Shown here: positions 29,496 to 41,096 of the stretch, one piece after another
Layout of the letters: each line of letters begins with the position of its first letter
Numbering within the stretch: the first letter of the stretch is position 1
Origin: a bacterium
Lineage (GTDB): Bacteria; UBA10199; 2-02-FULL-50-16; JAJFLM01
DNA length: 64,000 bases
Assembly: GCA_965216315.1 (NCBI GenBank)
Contig: CBDCFN010000016.1
Location: 1,736,378 to 1,800,377 of the forward strand
Direction: 5' to 3'
Made by a program: the position numbers and the translations under genes
Notes under the pieces: generated by a model
Databases searched by the model: none
Told to the model about the DNA's origin: nothing
What the model saw: only the letters and a program-made list of their open reading frames with translations

Positions 29496-30027
29496 ATAAT
29501 TAAATTTTGCAGAACTTTTTGGTGGGCTTGCAAGTCACTCTCACTGAATAACACAAAACGAACGAGTCGCAGGGCGCTTATTTGGGGCGCATAGTGCATG
29601 ACTGTCTCGAAGGCAATGGTCGCTGCCTCTTTCAAAGGATAGCCAAAAATACCGGTGGAAATAGCGCAACTCGCCAGCGATGAGATCTTTTTGTCGTCGC
29701 ACAACTGAAGCGCATTCCGATAGCAATTAGCCAGCAAGTCAGCCTCTGGCCTATCGACGCCGTAAATGGGGCCTAAACAATGGATCACGTAATCATTGGG
29801 CAATTGATGTGCCGACGTAATTACGGCATCTCCCGGCTTAATGGGCGCTAGCGGGCGGCATTCGACCTCTAGGCCTGGACCCGCGGCACGGTGAATCGCC
29901 CCCGCAACCCCACCTCCTGATATCAATTCTGCATTGGCGGCGTTGATAACCGCTTGGCAGTCGGGCTGCTCCACGATATCGCCTTGAACGCATTCCAAGG
30001 TAAAATTTCCAAACTGATGCTTCATCG
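29492..30027 (-). CDS. Macro domain protein (O-acetyl-ADP-ribose deacetylase, YmdB-like)
   Basis: DIVEQPDCQAVINAANAELISGGGVAGAIHRAAGP. Start moved to MKHQF (30025-30027), giving 178 aa. The track ORF is longer. The 3' end overlaps cstA by 4 nt, convergent. Confidence 0.8.
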
Positions 30028-30204
30028 GAGGCCCGATTCTACCCGAATCAAAGCCCAAGTGAAAGTTTCCCGCGGCACAAAGAGAAGTCGCTGCCGGATA
30101 AGTCAACATCCTCGCTGGCACAACCATAACCACCTCCTCAGCGAGAGTGACTATCGTCCACCACAACGATAAGTTGTGCTCATTGCGGATGCATTTTAAT
30201 TTAC

Positions 30205-31689
30205 TTACGGCAGGTTCGTAGAACCCATGAGGTAACGATCCACTTCACGCGCCGCTTCACGCCCTTCGTTAATCGCCCATACCACCAAGCTCTGGCCGCG
30301 GCGCATGTCACCCGCGGCAAAGACTTTATCGACGCTGGTTTTATACTGGCCATAGGCGGCCTTGGCATTAGAGCGCTCGTCGCGTTCGACTTTTAACTGT
30401 TCGAGCACGGTATCTTCGGGGCCGAGAAAGCCTAAGGCAAGAAAGACTAATTGCACGGGCCAGATTTTTTCAGTCCCGGGAATTTCCTTCGGGAACATGC
30501 GGCCATTTTCGTCTTTGGCCCATTCAATCTCTACCGTATGGAGTTCCTTGAGCTGCCCCTCTTCATCACCAACGAATTGTTTCGTCATGATGAGATAGGT
30601 CCGTGGATCTTTACCGAACTTAGCCTTGGCCTCTTCTTGCCCATAATCCAATTTGTAAATTTTTGGCCACTGCGGCCAAGGATTATCCGGTGCACGCTCC
30701 AAGGGAGGCTGCGGCATGATCTCAAACTGAACGACGCTTTTGCATTTATGCCGCATCGACGTGGCCACGCAGTCTGTTCCGGTATCCCCACCGCCGATGA
30801 CAATGACATCTTTTCCTTCAGCGGAGATGAACTGACCGTCTTTATGGTTGCTGTCGAGCAGACTCTTGGTGTTCTTCGTCAAAAATTCCATTGCAAAATG
30901 AACACCTTTTAAGTCCCGGCCTTCAATAGGCAGGTCACGGGGCTTCGTCGCGCCGCCACAGAGTACGACGGCGTCAAAATCGTCGACTAACTTTTGGGCC
31001 GGAATATCCTTACCTATCTCGGTACTCGTCACAAATTTCACACCCTCTTCCACTAACAGGCTAACCCGGCGCTCAACCTTCTTCTTGTCAAGATGGGGAT
31101 TGGGAATGCCATACATCAACAGGCCGCCCACTCGATCCGCTCGCTCATAGACAGTTACTTGATGACCGGCCTTGTTGAGTTGGGCCGCACAGGCAAGACC
31201 CGAGGGCCCTGACCCGACTATGGCTACCGTCTTACCCGTCCGTTGTTCCGGAGGATCCGCGACAACCCAACCTTCGGCAAAACCACGCTCAATAATGTTG
31301 TTTTCGATGTTTTTAATCGTCACCGGGGGCTCATTGATGCCTAAGACGCAAGAACCCTCACACGGGGCCGGACAGACCATCCCGGTAAATTCAGGAAAGT
31401 TATTGGTTTTGTGGAGACGCTCCAAGGCTTGTTTCCAGAGCCCTCGATAAACCAGGTCATTCCACTCGGGAATCAGGTTATTAATCGGGCACCCGGAGGC
31501 CATGTTGTTGATCAACATTCCGGTATGACAAAAAGGCACCCCGCAATTCATGCACCGCGAACCTTGTTCACGCAGATTCTTTTCTTCCGCGTGCTGATGA
31601 AGCTCGCCCCAGTCGTTAACCCGTTCTTCAGGAGAACGATCGAGCGGCAACTCCCGCGTAAATTCCATGAATCCCGTCGGCTTACCCAT
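30205..31689 (-). CDS. gltD: Glutamate synthase (NADPH) small subunit
   Basis: FeS Cys cluster, FAD/NAD Rossmann [20 protein letters not shown]. Immediately downstream of gltB. Confidence 0.93.
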   Translation of the reverse strand: MGKPTGFMEFTRELPLDRSPEERVNDWGELHQHAEEKNLREQGSRCMNCGVPFCHTGMLINNMASGCPINNLIPEWNDLVYRGLWKQALERLHKTNNFPEFTGMVCPAPCEGSCVLGINEPPVTIKNIENNIIERGFAEGWVVADPPEQRTGKTVAIVGSGPSGLACAAQLNKAGHQVTVYERADRVGGLLMYGIPNPHLDKKKVERRVSLLVEEGVKFVTSTEIGKDIPAQKLVDDFDAVVLCGGATKPRDLPIEGRDLKGVHFAMEFLTKNTKSLLDSNHKDGQFISAEGKDVIVIGGGDTGTDCVATSMRHKCKSVVQFEIMPQPPLERAPDNPWPQWPKIYKLDYGQEEAKAKFGKDPRTYLIMTKQFVGDEEGQLKELHTVEIEWAKDENGRMFPKEIPGTEKIWPVQLVFLALGFLGPEDTVLEQLKVERDERSNAKAAYGQYKTSVDKVFAAGDMRRGQSLVVWAINEGREAAREVDRYLMGSTNLP

Positions 31690-31691
31690 CT

Positions 31692-34600
31692 CTAGTTTCC
31701 TGCCACCCTCGCTTTTGCCTGAACATTCGCTTCAAAGGCCGCCATGACCGCTTCGTCACCGCTCATCCCCGTCGCCTCAACCTGCTTCAAGGCCTCAAGC
31801 ACACGTTTATAGTCCATCGGCATCACCTTGATAATTTTTTCATTCAGCGCGTCCCAATCTTTTAGGACGCGTCGCCCCACCTCACTATCGGTATATTCAA
31901 TATGCTTTTGAATCATCCCCTTGATCGTCGCCTCATCTTCCGCGTCGAGCCGTTCCAGACATACCATCTGAGGATTGCAATCACGCGCAAAAGTACCGGC
32001 CTCGTCGAGAACGTAGGCAACCCCACCGGACATACCCGCCGCAAAGTTTCGTCCGGCCGGACCCAAAATAACCACACAACCGCCCGTCATGTACTCACAG
32101 CCATGATCGCCAACCCCTTCAACCACAGCACGAACCCCACTATTACGGACACAAAAGCGCTCTCCGGCCACACCACGGATATAAGCTTCACCCCCGGTCG
32201 CGCCGTAAAAGGCCACATTGCCGACGATAATATTGTCTTCCGGGACAAAACTCGCTGCGGCTGAGGGAAAGACCATAATCTTGCCCCCATTTAGCCCCTT
32301 GCCGATATAATCGTTGGCATCCCCTTCGAGCCGTAGGGTCATTCCATTGGGCACGAAGGCCCCAAAACTTTGGCCGGCAGAACCCTGAAACGTCAATCGG
32401 ATCGTATCATCCGGTAAACCCTCCGCCCCGTAGCGTTTAGAGATCTCGCTACCGACAATCGTCCCCACGACCCGATTGATATTCCTGATGGGCAGCGTCG
32501 CTTCCACCGGTCGCTTCTCTTCAAGCGCCTTCTTACAGATATCCAGCAAATGCGTGTTATCTAATGCTTTATCCAGTCCGTGATCTTGCTCGATTGTCTG
32601 GCGGATCTCCACGCTCTCCGGAACATCAGGCCGATAGAGAATCTTGTCAAAATTGATGGTCTTGGCCTTCCAGTGATCAACTTTGCGAGGCTGTAAAATA
32701 TCAGTCCGGCCGATCATCTCATCGAGACTCCTAAACCCCAGCTCGGCCATAAGCTCGCGGGCCTGCCGTGCGACCATCTGCATGAAGTTAACGACATGGG
32801 CCGGATCACCGGTAAATTTCCGGCGTAACACCGGATTCTGCGTTGCCACGCCTACAGGACACGTATTCAAGTGACAGACCCGCATCATGATGCACCCCAG
32901 TGTCACCAAAGGCGCGGTGGAAAACCCGTACTCTTCGGCGCCTAGTAACGCGGCTATCACCACATCACGACCGGTCTTAAGCTGCCCATCCGTCTCCAAC
33001 ACGACACGACTCCTCAGATCGTTCAGCACCAGGGTCTGGTGCGTCTCCGCCAACCCAAGTTCCCATGAGATACCGGCGTTCTTGATACTCGTTTGAGGTG
33101 AGGCCCCCGTACCGCCGTCATACCCCGCAATTAAAATGACATCGGCATGGGCCTTTGCCACCCCGGCAGCAATGGTTCCCACACCAACTTCCGAGACGAG
33201 TTTGACGTTAATGCGGGCATTCGGGTTTGAATTTTTTAAATCATGAATCAATTCAGCCAGATCTTCGATAGAATAAATATCATGATGCGGCGGTGGCGAA
33301 ATCAGACCCACGCCCGGGGTTGAAAACCGCACCTTCGCCACCCAAGGATACACTTTATGGCCGGGCAGCTGTCCCCCTTCGCCGGGCTTGGCCCCTTGAG
33401 CAATTTTGATTTGAATTTCTTGGGCATTGACCAAATAGTGGCTGGTGACACCAAAACGTCCTGACGCGACCTGCTTGATGGCACTGCACCGAGAATCACC
33501 GTTTTCATCCGGAATAAAGCGCGCGGGATCTTCACCCCCTTCACCCGTATTGCTTTTACCACCAATACGGTTCATCGCAATGGCGAGGCTTTCGTGCGCC
33601 TCACTGCTGATTGACCCATAAGACATGGCTCCCGTCTTGAAGCGACGGCAGATCGCATCCACTGATTCGACTTCGTCAAGAGGCACCGGCTTGGCACCGG
33701 CTTTAAAGTCAAGGAGTCCGCGCAAGGTGCACCAACGCTTTTCTTGATTGTCGACGGCAGCCGCGTAACTCTTAAACAACTCATAATCATTCGTTTTGAC
33801 TGCCGCCTGCAGCTTGTGAACCGTTGTCGGATTAAAGAGATGCTCTTCACCACCCTTCCGCCACTGGTAATCCCCACCGGCCTGCAAGGCCGCTCCGTCT
33901 GTTTCACGCTCGGTATATCCCAACTGATGACGAAGTCGGGTTTCTTCGGCGACTTCCGCTAAACCGATTCCGCCAATCCGCGTCGCGGTCCAGGTAAAAT
34001 ACTTATTAATAAACTCTTCATTCAGACCAACCGCCTCAAAGATCTGTGCGCCACGATAACTTTGTATGGTCGAGATCCCAACTTTAGAGAGGACTTTGAC
34101 CACCCCTTTCATCGCCCCCTTGAGATAATTTTTTACAGCCTCTTCGTGACTGATATCGGTCAAGAGACCCTGACGAATCATGTCATCCAAAGACTCAAAG
34201 GCAAGATAAGGATTGATCGCGCCGGCACCATAACCCAACAACATACAAAAATGATGAACTTCCCGTGGCTCCCCTGATTCGAGCACGATATTACAGCGTG
34301 TCCGCGTCCCTTGCCGTATCAAGTGATGATGAAGCCCGGCGACAGCAAGCAACGCCGGAATGGGGGCCTTTTCATGACTAATCTCACGATCAGTAAGGAT
34401 GATAATATTATGCCCGGTTTCGATCGCTTGATCCGCCTGTTTAAATAGGGATTCAAGTGCCGATTCAAGAGCTTTGGCTCCCCCCTCTACGTCATAAAGG
34501 ATAGGAAAGGTCGCTGATTTAAAACCAGGTTGATCCAGATGAGTTAATCGAGCCATTTCTTCGTTGTCGAGAATCGGGGACTTCATCTTGATCAAACGGC

Positions 34601-36284
34601 ATGAATCGGGTTGAGGGTCGATCAAATTCCCCTCAGATCCGATTGTCGTCTGCGTCGCCGTCACAATTTCTTCTCGAATCGCATCGATGGCCGGGTTGGT
34701 CACTTGAGCAAACATCTGCTTAAAATAGTTGTAGAGCAGTTGCGGTTGATTCGAGAGTATCGCCAAAGGAGCATCGTTACCCATGGACCCAATCGCCTCA
34801 ACGCCACTGACAGCCATTGGCTCGATTAAAAGTCGTAGCTGCTCAAACGTGTACCCAAAGGCTCGCTGTCGTTGCAGTACGGTTTCATGGTCCGGCACCG
34901 GAACTTGCGGTGGTTTCGGCAAATCCTCTAAGGCAATAAGGTTTTGATCAAGCCATTCTTTATACGGTTCGGCTTCCGCAAGTTCCTGCTTTAACTCTTC
35001 ATCACCGATGATGCGCTGCTGTTGAGTATCAATCAGGAACATGCGCCCGGGCTGCAAACGTCCCTTAAACGCGACATTCGCCGGATCGACATCCAGAACC
35101 CCCACTTCGGAGGCCATAATAACCTTGTCATCCTTAGTCACATAATAGCGGGACGGACGCAGTCCATTGCGATCCAGCACCGCCCCCACACAAAGACCGT
35201 CCGTAAACGTTATCGAGGCGGGACCATCCCAGGGCTCCATAAGGCAGCTGTGATATTCGTAAAAAGCTTTCTTTTGCGGATCCATTGAAACATGACGAGA
35301 CCACGGTTCGGGTATCATCATCATAACGGCATGTGGCAATGAACGCCCGGACAGGGTAAGAAATTCCAAGCAATTATCAAACATCGCCGAGTCACTGCCT
35401 TCTTGATCAATAACCGGAAATATCTTCTTGATATCGTCACCAAAATGATTCGAAGCAAGCATAGCCTCACGGGCATGCATCCAGTTGACATTTCCTCTGA
35501 GCGTGTTGATTTCTCCGTTATGCGCCATGTAGCGATTGGGATGGGCACGGTCCCAATTCGGAAAGGTATTAGTGCTAAACCGGGAGTGAACCAAAATAAT
35601 CGCGGACTCCATGTCCGGATCCGCAATTTCAGGAAAATATAAAGGCACCTGATCACACATCAGCATCCCTTTATACACCATCGTCTTGTACGATAAGCTG
35701 GCAATATAGAAGTTATCGCATTCGTGTATGCCCGCCGCCCGAGTCTCATTGACAACACGTTTATTGATCACAAAAAGTTTGCGCTCAAAAGCTATCTCGC
35801 TGGTGATATCTTTACTGCGCCGGATGAAAACCTGACGAACAAAGGGCTGGCAATCCCGGGCCGTTTTACCCAGCGAGCTATCGTCAGTGGGGACATCCCG
35901 CCACCCAATCAACTCCTGACCCTCTTCTTCAATAACCTTTTTAAAGATCTCTTCGCATTGTTGTCGCAGTTTTGGCTGCTGCGGCAAAAAGATCATCCCG
36001 ACCCCATATTGCCCGGGTTCGGGTAGCTCAAGGCCGGCATCCTGTTTGGCGACTTTCTTGAGCAACTTATGCGGGACCTGAATAAGAATTCCCGCCCCAT
36101 CTCCCGTATTATGCTCACTCCCACACGCGCCTCGATGGGCCAGCCGAAGCAAGACTTCGAGGCCATCTTCAACAATCTCGTGCGAGCGCACTCCCTTGAT
36201 ATTGACGACAAAGCCTGCCCCGCAGGAGTCGTGCTCATAATACGGGTCATAGAGTCCCTGTTTTTGAGGGCGCTTCAGAGTCAT
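31692..36284 (-). CDS. gltB: Glutamate synthase large subunit
   Basis: 1530 aa. N-terminal Ntn amidotransferase ...DSCGAGFV..., central FMN domain, C-terminal GXGXG domain. Confidence 0.95.
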   Translation of the reverse strand: MTLKRPQKQGLYDPYYEHDSCGAGFVVNIKGVRSHEIVEDGLEVLLRLAHRGACGSEHNTGDGAGILIQVPHKLLKKVAKQDAGLELPEPGQYGVGMIFLPQQPKLRQQCEEIFKKVIEEEGQELIGWRDVPTDDSSLGKTARDCQPFVRQVFIRRSKDITSEIAFERKLFVINKRVVNETRAAGIHECDNFYIASLSYKTMVYKGMLMCDQVPLYFPEIADPDMESAIILVHSRFSTNTFPNWDRAHPNRYMAHNGEINTLRGNVNWMHAREAMLASNHFGDDIKKIFPVIDQEGSDSAMFDNCLEFLTLSGRSLPHAVMMMIPEPWSRHVSMDPQKKAFYEYHSCLMEPWDGPASITFTDGLCVGAVLDRNGLRPSRYYVTKDDKVIMASEVGVLDVDPANVAFKGRLQPGRMFLIDTQQQRIIGDEELKQELAEAEPYKEWLDQNLIALEDLPKPPQVPVPDHETVLQRQRAFGYTFEQLRLLIEPMAVSGVEAIGSMGNDAPLAILSNQPQLLYNYFKQMFAQVTNPAIDAIREEIVTATQTTIGSEGNLIDPQPDSCRLIKMKSPILDNEEMARLTHLDQPGFKSATFPILYDVEGGAKALESALESLFKQADQAIETGHNIIILTDREISHEKAPIPALLAVAGLHHHLIRQGTRTRCNIVLESGEPREVHHFCMLLGYGAGAINPYLAFESLDDMIRQGLLTDISHEEAVKNYLKGAMKGVVKVLSKVGISTIQSYRGAQIFEAVGLNEEFINKYFTWTATRIGGIGLAEVAEETRLRHQLGYTERETDGAALQAGGDYQWRKGGEEHLFNPTTVHKLQAAVKTNDYELFKSYAAAVDNQEKRWCTLRGLLDFKAGAKPVPLDEVESVDAICRRFKTGAMSYGSISSEAHESLAIAMNRIGGKSNTGEGGEDPARFIPDENGDSRCSAIKQVASGRFGVTSHYLVNAQEIQIKIAQGAKPGEGGQLPGHKVYPWVAKVRFSTPGVGLISPPPHHDIYSIEDLAELIHDLKNSNPNARINVKLVSEVGVGTIAAGVAKAHADVILIAGYDGGTGASPQTSIKNAGISWELGLAETHQTLVLNDLRSRVVLETDGQLKTGRDVVIAALLGAEEYGFSTAPLVTLGCIMMRVCHLNTCPVGVATQNPVLRRKFTGDPAHVVNFMQMVARQARELMAELGFRSLDEMIGRTDILQPRKVDHWKAKTINFDKILYRPDVPESVEIRQTIEQDHGLDKALDNTHLLDICKKALEEKRPVEATLPIRNINRVVGTIVGSEISKRYGAEGLPDDTIRLTFQGSAGQSFGAFVPNGMTLRLEGDANDYIGKGLNGGKIMVFPSAAASFVPEDNIIVGNVAFYGATGGEAYIRGVAGERFCVRNSGVRAVVEGVGDHGCEYMTGGCVVILGPAGRNFAAGMSGGVAYVLDEAGTFARDCNPQMVCLERLDAEDEATIKGMIQKHIEYTDSEVGRRVLKDWDALNEKIIKVMPMDYKRVLEALKQVEATGMSGDEAVMAAFEANVQAKARVAGN

Positions 36285-36408
36285 TCACCTTCCTTATAAA
36301 TAAGGGGTTGTTACGAAAATAGCCCTGGATGGAGAGCCAGTGCCAAAATCATCTCAGCCGGAGAGATTTACCGAGAATTGATCCTAATTTCAAGCCCTAA
36401 GCCCAAAT

Positions 36409-37284
36409 TTAGTCTTCTCCCAGGGCTACGGCCTTGCGGTCCTTAAGGTTGAGTCGCGCAATATGGATGCCGGCGGCCACGATCAGAACCATCCCAATAA
36501 ACTTATATATATCAGGGGTTTCTCGCCAAAACATCAGGCCATAGATAAAGGACATGGCAACCCCCACATAGGAGAACGGTGCCAGCCGCGCTGCCTCTTC
36601 GTAGCGATAGGAAACGGTCATGAATATCTGCCCCCCCGTACCAAAGACACCGGCCCCCAATAAGGCGAGCCACTGAAACGGCGTCGGCGGTACAAAATTG
36701 AGGGTCATCAGGGGCAGCGCAAGCAACGATGAAATCGAGGCAAAATGAAAGGCTATTACCCAGGAGCTCTCGGTCTGGTGCAGGTGCCGGACGGTCACAT
36801 AAGCCAGTCCCGCAGCCGCCCCACCCAACACGGCGATCACACCATAGACATTAAATACCGACCAGCCCGGCTTCAAAATAAGGATCACTCCCGTTAAGGC
36901 GATCACCATATACAGAACCAATCGCCCTCCCACTTTTTCTTTCAGAAATAGCATGGCAAAAAGCGCCACAAAAAAAGGTGAGGTTTGGTGCAACACGGCG
37001 GCGTCGGCGAAGGGAATATGCGCCAACGCATAAAAACCACAACTCATTGCCGCAAACCCAGCAAGACTTCGAAACAGCAGTGCCCTGCGATTTTGGCCGA
37101 GTATGGGCAATCCACGCCGTACGATGACAAGACCGATGAGTAAGGAACTTACAATCGTACGAAAAAAAACCGCTTGATAGACGGGGATCTCCGCCAGTGC
37201 ATATTTCAGACAGGCCCCCATGGAGGCAAAAAAGACCGCCGAAATGACCATAAAGAGGATTCCGCGAACGGCTGAATGACTCAT
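36409..37284 (-). CDS. EamA/DMT family transporter
   Basis: Ten predicted TM helices in two EamA repeats. Confidence 0.8.
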   Translation of the reverse strand: MSHSAVRGILFMVISAVFFASMGACLKYALAEIPVYQAVFFRTIVSSLLIGLVIVRRGLPILGQNRRALLFRSLAGFAAMSCGFYALAHIPFADAAVLHQTSPFFVALFAMLFLKEKVGGRLVLYMVIALTGVILILKPGWSVFNVYGVIAVLGGAAAGLAYVTVRHLHQTESSWVIAFHFASISSLLALPLMTLNFVPPTPFQWLALLGAGVFGTGGQIFMTVSYRYEEAARLAPFSYVGVAMSFIYGLMFWRETPDIYKFIGMVLIVAAGIHIARLNLKDRKAVALGED

Positions 37285-38216
37285 TTTATTTCAATACGAT
37301 TCGATAGCATCGAGTCGGGCATTTCTTCATGGGATTTATTACAGAAGTCGACGCGGATATATAAGGGCGCAGCAAGCGGCGCCCCTACACGTTTAGGAAT
37401 CTTCCAATGAATGCGTCGCGCCTCTTTTCTATCTCTGATCACGCGGCAAGCCTGGCTACCCGCATGGTTCAAGAAAGTCGGCTTAAATTTTTTGATAATT
37501 TTTTCATCTCCCTCTTCACTCAGAGAGACTAACTTCATTTGATCTCGAATCCCAAAGGGGTACTCAGTGATACGGATGACATTCAGCTTAAGCATCTCTT
37601 CACTGTGATAAATATCACGATCTGTGCGGACCAGGATCTTTTTGTTATGGTCACTAATCTTAGTTTTGACCTTTGAAGTCGCTCCCGTCCACCAGCGAGC
37701 AGGCCCGGTATCGACGTGAACCGACTGTTTTCCGTACCAACCAACCCCACAACAATTCTTGTCCCTCATTTTTTCCCAAAGGTACTTCCCTTGGACGCCC
37801 TTGATCTCAATATCCGCGGCCATTCCTTCCATATGCGTACTCGCCTTGGCGACGGTTCTCCCTTTATCCCGTAATCCCTGATTGTATTTAGGTGATCGGT
37901 AGGCAGAGTTTAATTGTATTGTTTTTTCACCATCACCAAACTCATCTTGAATGAAATCCAGTAAGGCGATAAAGCGCAGGGACATGTGCTCAATAGGATC
38001 ACTCTTCTTGAGACCAAAGAGCTGGTCGATCTGTTCTCGAGCTTCCAGCGGATAAGAACCGTCCGCTAAACGATACTGAATGGTTTCACGTCGGCCATTC
38101 TTGGGGTTGAACAGGCGCACCGCCCCATCCCCTTCCATGAAAAACCGGCCTATCGGGCCGGCTGCAAAACTACTCAGCGGCAACAGCACTGCTAAAAAGA
38201 ATAATATGTATCTCAC
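37281..38216 (-). CDS. Secreted DUF882 / peptidase M15A-like protein (YcbK-like) with a C-terminal extension
   Basis: Signal peptide. SAYRSPKYNQ ... HMEGMAADIEI ... SVHVDTG motifs. 4-nt overlap with the EamA gene. Confidence 0.7.
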   Translation of the reverse strand: MRYILFFLAVLLPLSSFAAGPIGRFFMEGDGAVRLFNPKNGRRETIQYRLADGSYPLEAREQIDQLFGLKKSDPIEHMSLRFIALLDFIQDEFGDGEKTIQLNSAYRSPKYNQGLRDKGRTVAKASTHMEGMAADIEIKGVQGKYLWEKMRDKNCCGVGWYGKQSVHVDTGPARWWTGATSKVKTKISDHNKKILVRTDRDIYHSEEMLKLNVIRITEYPFGIRDQMKLVSLSEEGDEKIIKKFKPTFLNHAGSQACRVIRDRKEARRIHWKIPKRVGAPLAAPLYIRVDFCNKSHEEMPDSMLSNRIEIK

Positions 38217-38332
38217 GCCCGCTACAGTGCTAACAGAGACAAAGCATTGTCAAGATTACCCCAAACTGATTGAAAATTAATGATTTTGAGCCCTTGACTT
38301 GAAAGCAAAATCTTCGTTAGCCTTCGGACTCA

Positions 38333-39475
38333 ATGCGCCACGTCTACCTCGACCACAATGCAACGACTCCATTAGCTTCCGAAGTATTTGCAGCCATGAA
38401 GCCTTACCTCAGTGGTTGGGTCGGCAATGCATCTAGCCTCCACTGGGCCGGAGCCTCGGCAAAGCAAGCGATCGAGAAGGCACGCGGACAGGTTGCAACA
38501 CTTATTAATGCCCTCCCCAAAGAAATAGTTTTTACCAGCGGCAGCACTGAGTCGATCAATCAAGTCCTCAAAGGAATCTTTGCTCCGAGGAACCGGAAAA
38601 AAAATCACCTCATCATCAGCACAGTAGAGCACCATGCCACCCTTGATTGCGCAGAAACCTTGGCATCATGGGGCGTCGATGTTGATACGATTCCGGTGAA
38701 CTCTTCAGGGTGCATTGATCCCACTGAGATTATCGCCAGGGTTCGAGAGGATACGGGGCTCATCTCTTTACTCTGGGCTAATAATGAAACCGGTACTATT
38801 TATCCTGTTGAGGCCATCGTTAACATCGCACATGAAGCTGGCATTCCTGTCCACCTCGATGCCGCCCAAGCCCTGGGCAAGATTGCTATCGATGTGAGGC
38901 GCGTCCCCGTCGATTATCTCTCGTGTTCAGCGCACAAAATTTATGGCCCACAAGGAGTAGGCGCGTTGTTTATTCGACACGACCGCAAACTGAGACGCCT
39001 ACATGATGGTGGCGATCAAGAACGCAAACGCCGCGGTGGAACGGAAAATGTCGCCGGCATTGTTGGCTTTGGACAGGCCGCTGAAATCAGCCAACGTCGC
39101 TTTGACGATGACAAGAACCAACAGTCGCAGCTTAGAGACCGTCTGGAACAAGGCCTCAAAAACTTATTCACCGATATTATTATTAACGGCGAGTCGTCTC
39201 CTCGCCTCTATAATACCGTTAATGTCCGCTTCCCTGGCATTGCAAATGAAACCCTGTTAATCGCCCTTGACCTGGAAGGAATCGCGGTCAGTTCAGGTTC
39301 CGCGTGTAGTAGCGGCGCTATTGAGCCGTCTCACGTCCTCATGGCGATGGGTTGCACGGCAGAGGAAGCGAGAAGTGCTATTCGTTTTAGTCTTGGGCGC
39401 GGTAATACTCTCGCCGATATCAATTATGTTCTCGACGTCCTTCCCCGGCTCGTTCGGCAACTGCAAGCGGCTTAA
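38333..39475 (+). CDS. Cysteine desulfurase (class V aminotransferase, NifS/IscS-like)
   Basis: PLP-lysine motif SCSAHKIYGPQGVGALFIR and active-site loop SSGSACSSG. Confidence 0.9.
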   Translation: MRHVYLDHNATTPLASEVFAAMKPYLSGWVGNASSLHWAGASAKQAIEKARGQVATLINALPKEIVFTSGSTESINQVLKGIFAPRNRKKNHLIISTVEHHATLDCAETLASWGVDVDTIPVNSSGCIDPTEIIARVREDTGLISLLWANNETGTIYPVEAIVNIAHEAGIPVHLDAAQALGKIAIDVRRVPVDYLSCSAHKIYGPQGVGALFIRHDRKLRRLHDGGDQERKRRGGTENVAGIVGFGQAAEISQRRFDDDKNQQSQLRDRLEQGLKNLFTDIIINGESSPRLYNTVNVRFPGIANETLLIALDLEGIAVSSGSACSSGAIEPSHVLMAMGCTAEEARSAIRFSLGRGNTLADINYVLDVLPRLVRQLQAA

Positions 39476-39516
39476 TATCCTTTACAAGCCAACTCTCTAA
39501 GTATAATGAAGTAAAC

Positions 39517-39828
39517 ATGCATCTCGGCGTCGTACTCTGGAAAGAGCAGCACACACCGAAGGCAACGGAATTACGTGACCGCATGAAAGATGATGGTTTC
39601 GATGTCATCGATTGGTCCGACCCTGCAGGAGCCGTTTACCAACCACACGCCCATAATCACGATGAAGTGATTGTCCCTTACGATGGCCGAATTGAGTTTA
39701 TTATTGAGGGACAAAACTATCTCCTTGATCCCGGCGATGCGCTTTTCTTGCCGAAGGGAACGATCCATTCTGCGCGCGTGGGCGGTGACGGGGCTTCATA
39801 CCTGATAGGACAGCCCAGCACGCGTTGA
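39517..39828 (+). CDS. Cupin domain protein
   Basis: HAHNHDEVIVPYDGRIEF ... GDALFLPKGTIHSARV cupin motifs. Confidence 0.75.
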   Translation: MHLGVVLWKEQHTPKATELRDRMKDDGFDVIDWSDPAGAVYQPHAHNHDEVIVPYDGRIEFIIEGQNYLLDPGDALFLPKGTIHSARVGGDGASYLIGQPSTR

Positions 39829-39883
39829 ATCGGGTTCGTCAGGTGGGTTGACAGACTCCACCAAGATTCCTTATTAAGCCGCC

Positions 39884-41038
39884 ATGTCTCACACCTTAAG
39901 CCATGACTTGACGAACCATTTTCCTGAATTTGCCCGCTTTAATTCAACCCCGGATCTGGAATCGTCCTCCCTGTTCCAGCAACTCAAACCGCAGATCATG
40001 AAGGTTCTTGAAGGTTTTGAGCATGAAAGTTTTGCGCCCACGGCCGCCCCCAAACAGAATTACAAGGCGGTCGCCTGGAATATTGAACGAGGCCGGCATT
40101 ATAAAGGTGTTCGTAGCATCTTAGGCGAACATCCTGAAATCGCGGATGCAGACATTTTTCTGCTAACGGAATGTGACCTCGGGATGGCGCGTTCGGAAAA
40201 CCGGCACGTCGCGCGCCAACTAGCCGAAGAACTAAACCTTAATTATTTTTTCGCACCCTCCTATATCAACCTGAGCAAGGGTTGCGGTCACGAAGTCGAA
40301 TATGACGGTGAGAATACACTTGGGATTCATGGAAATGCGATTTTTTCGCGTTATCCGCTCAGTAATTTCAGGACGGCCGACCTTCCTAACGGTAAGGATA
40401 AAATGAAAGGCAACGAAAAGCGCATCGGTCAGCAAAAAGCGCTCGTTGCTGACGTCGAACTAGGCAATCAGACTGTCACCGTAGCCTGCGCTCATTTGGA
40501 TGCCCATTCTTCACAAAACCGTCGCGCTGAACAATTGAGCTGCGTGATTGACCTCATTGAAAAAAGCGGTGAGCCTCATCCAATTATTTTGGGCGGAGAC
40601 TGGAATACAAGTACTTACAATTCAAGTCGCGCTATTCATGCGATCATCGGTTTTTGGGTCCGTGTCTGCAGCGGCATTGATAACATGATCGTTAACCATT
40701 ATCCTCATCCGGATCGCTTCTGGGAAAAAAAGCTCTTTGAAATGCTCGAGGAGCGCGGCTTTGATTACAAAAACGCTAATAAATATGGAGCGGGCACGCT
40801 CATTTACGACATCAAAGACCCGGAGCAAGAGAAAAACCTCAAAGAATGGGTGCCCCCATGGTGTTTCCGCTTTATTGAGTGGGCTCTACGCAATCATAAC
40901 GGCCGCCTTGAGTTCAAACTCGACTGGTTAGCGGGACGAAAGCTCGAGACATTCAATCCAAAAGTCATCGAAAATGTTGTTGTCGACGGCAAAAGGTCCA
41001 GCGACCATGCTGCGATTACAACAGAGTTCCGCTTCTAG
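39884..41038 (+). CDS. Endonuclease/exonuclease/phosphatase (EEP) family protein
   Basis: VAWNIERG ... FLLTECD ... VACAHLD ... GGDWN ... SDHAAITTEFRF. Complete set of EEP catalytic motifs. Confidence 0.8.
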   Translation: MSHTLSHDLTNHFPEFARFNSTPDLESSSLFQQLKPQIMKVLEGFEHESFAPTAAPKQNYKAVAWNIERGRHYKGVRSILGEHPEIADADIFLLTECDLGMARSENRHVARQLAEELNLNYFFAPSYINLSKGCGHEVEYDGENTLGIHGNAIFSRYPLSNFRTADLPNGKDKMKGNEKRIGQQKALVADVELGNQTVTVACAHLDAHSSQNRRAEQLSCVIDLIEKSGEPHPIILGGDWNTSTYNSSRAIHAIIGFWVRVCSGIDNMIVNHYPHPDRFWEKKLFEMLEERGFDYKNANKYGAGTLIYDIKDPEQEKNLKEWVPPWCFRFIEWALRNHNGRLEFKLDWLAGRKLETFNPKVIENVVVDGKRSSDHAAITTEFRF

Positions 41039-41096
41039 CCGGCTATTAGGATAAGTACTCTCCCCGATAAGGGCCCAATCCCTATTGGAATAAACT

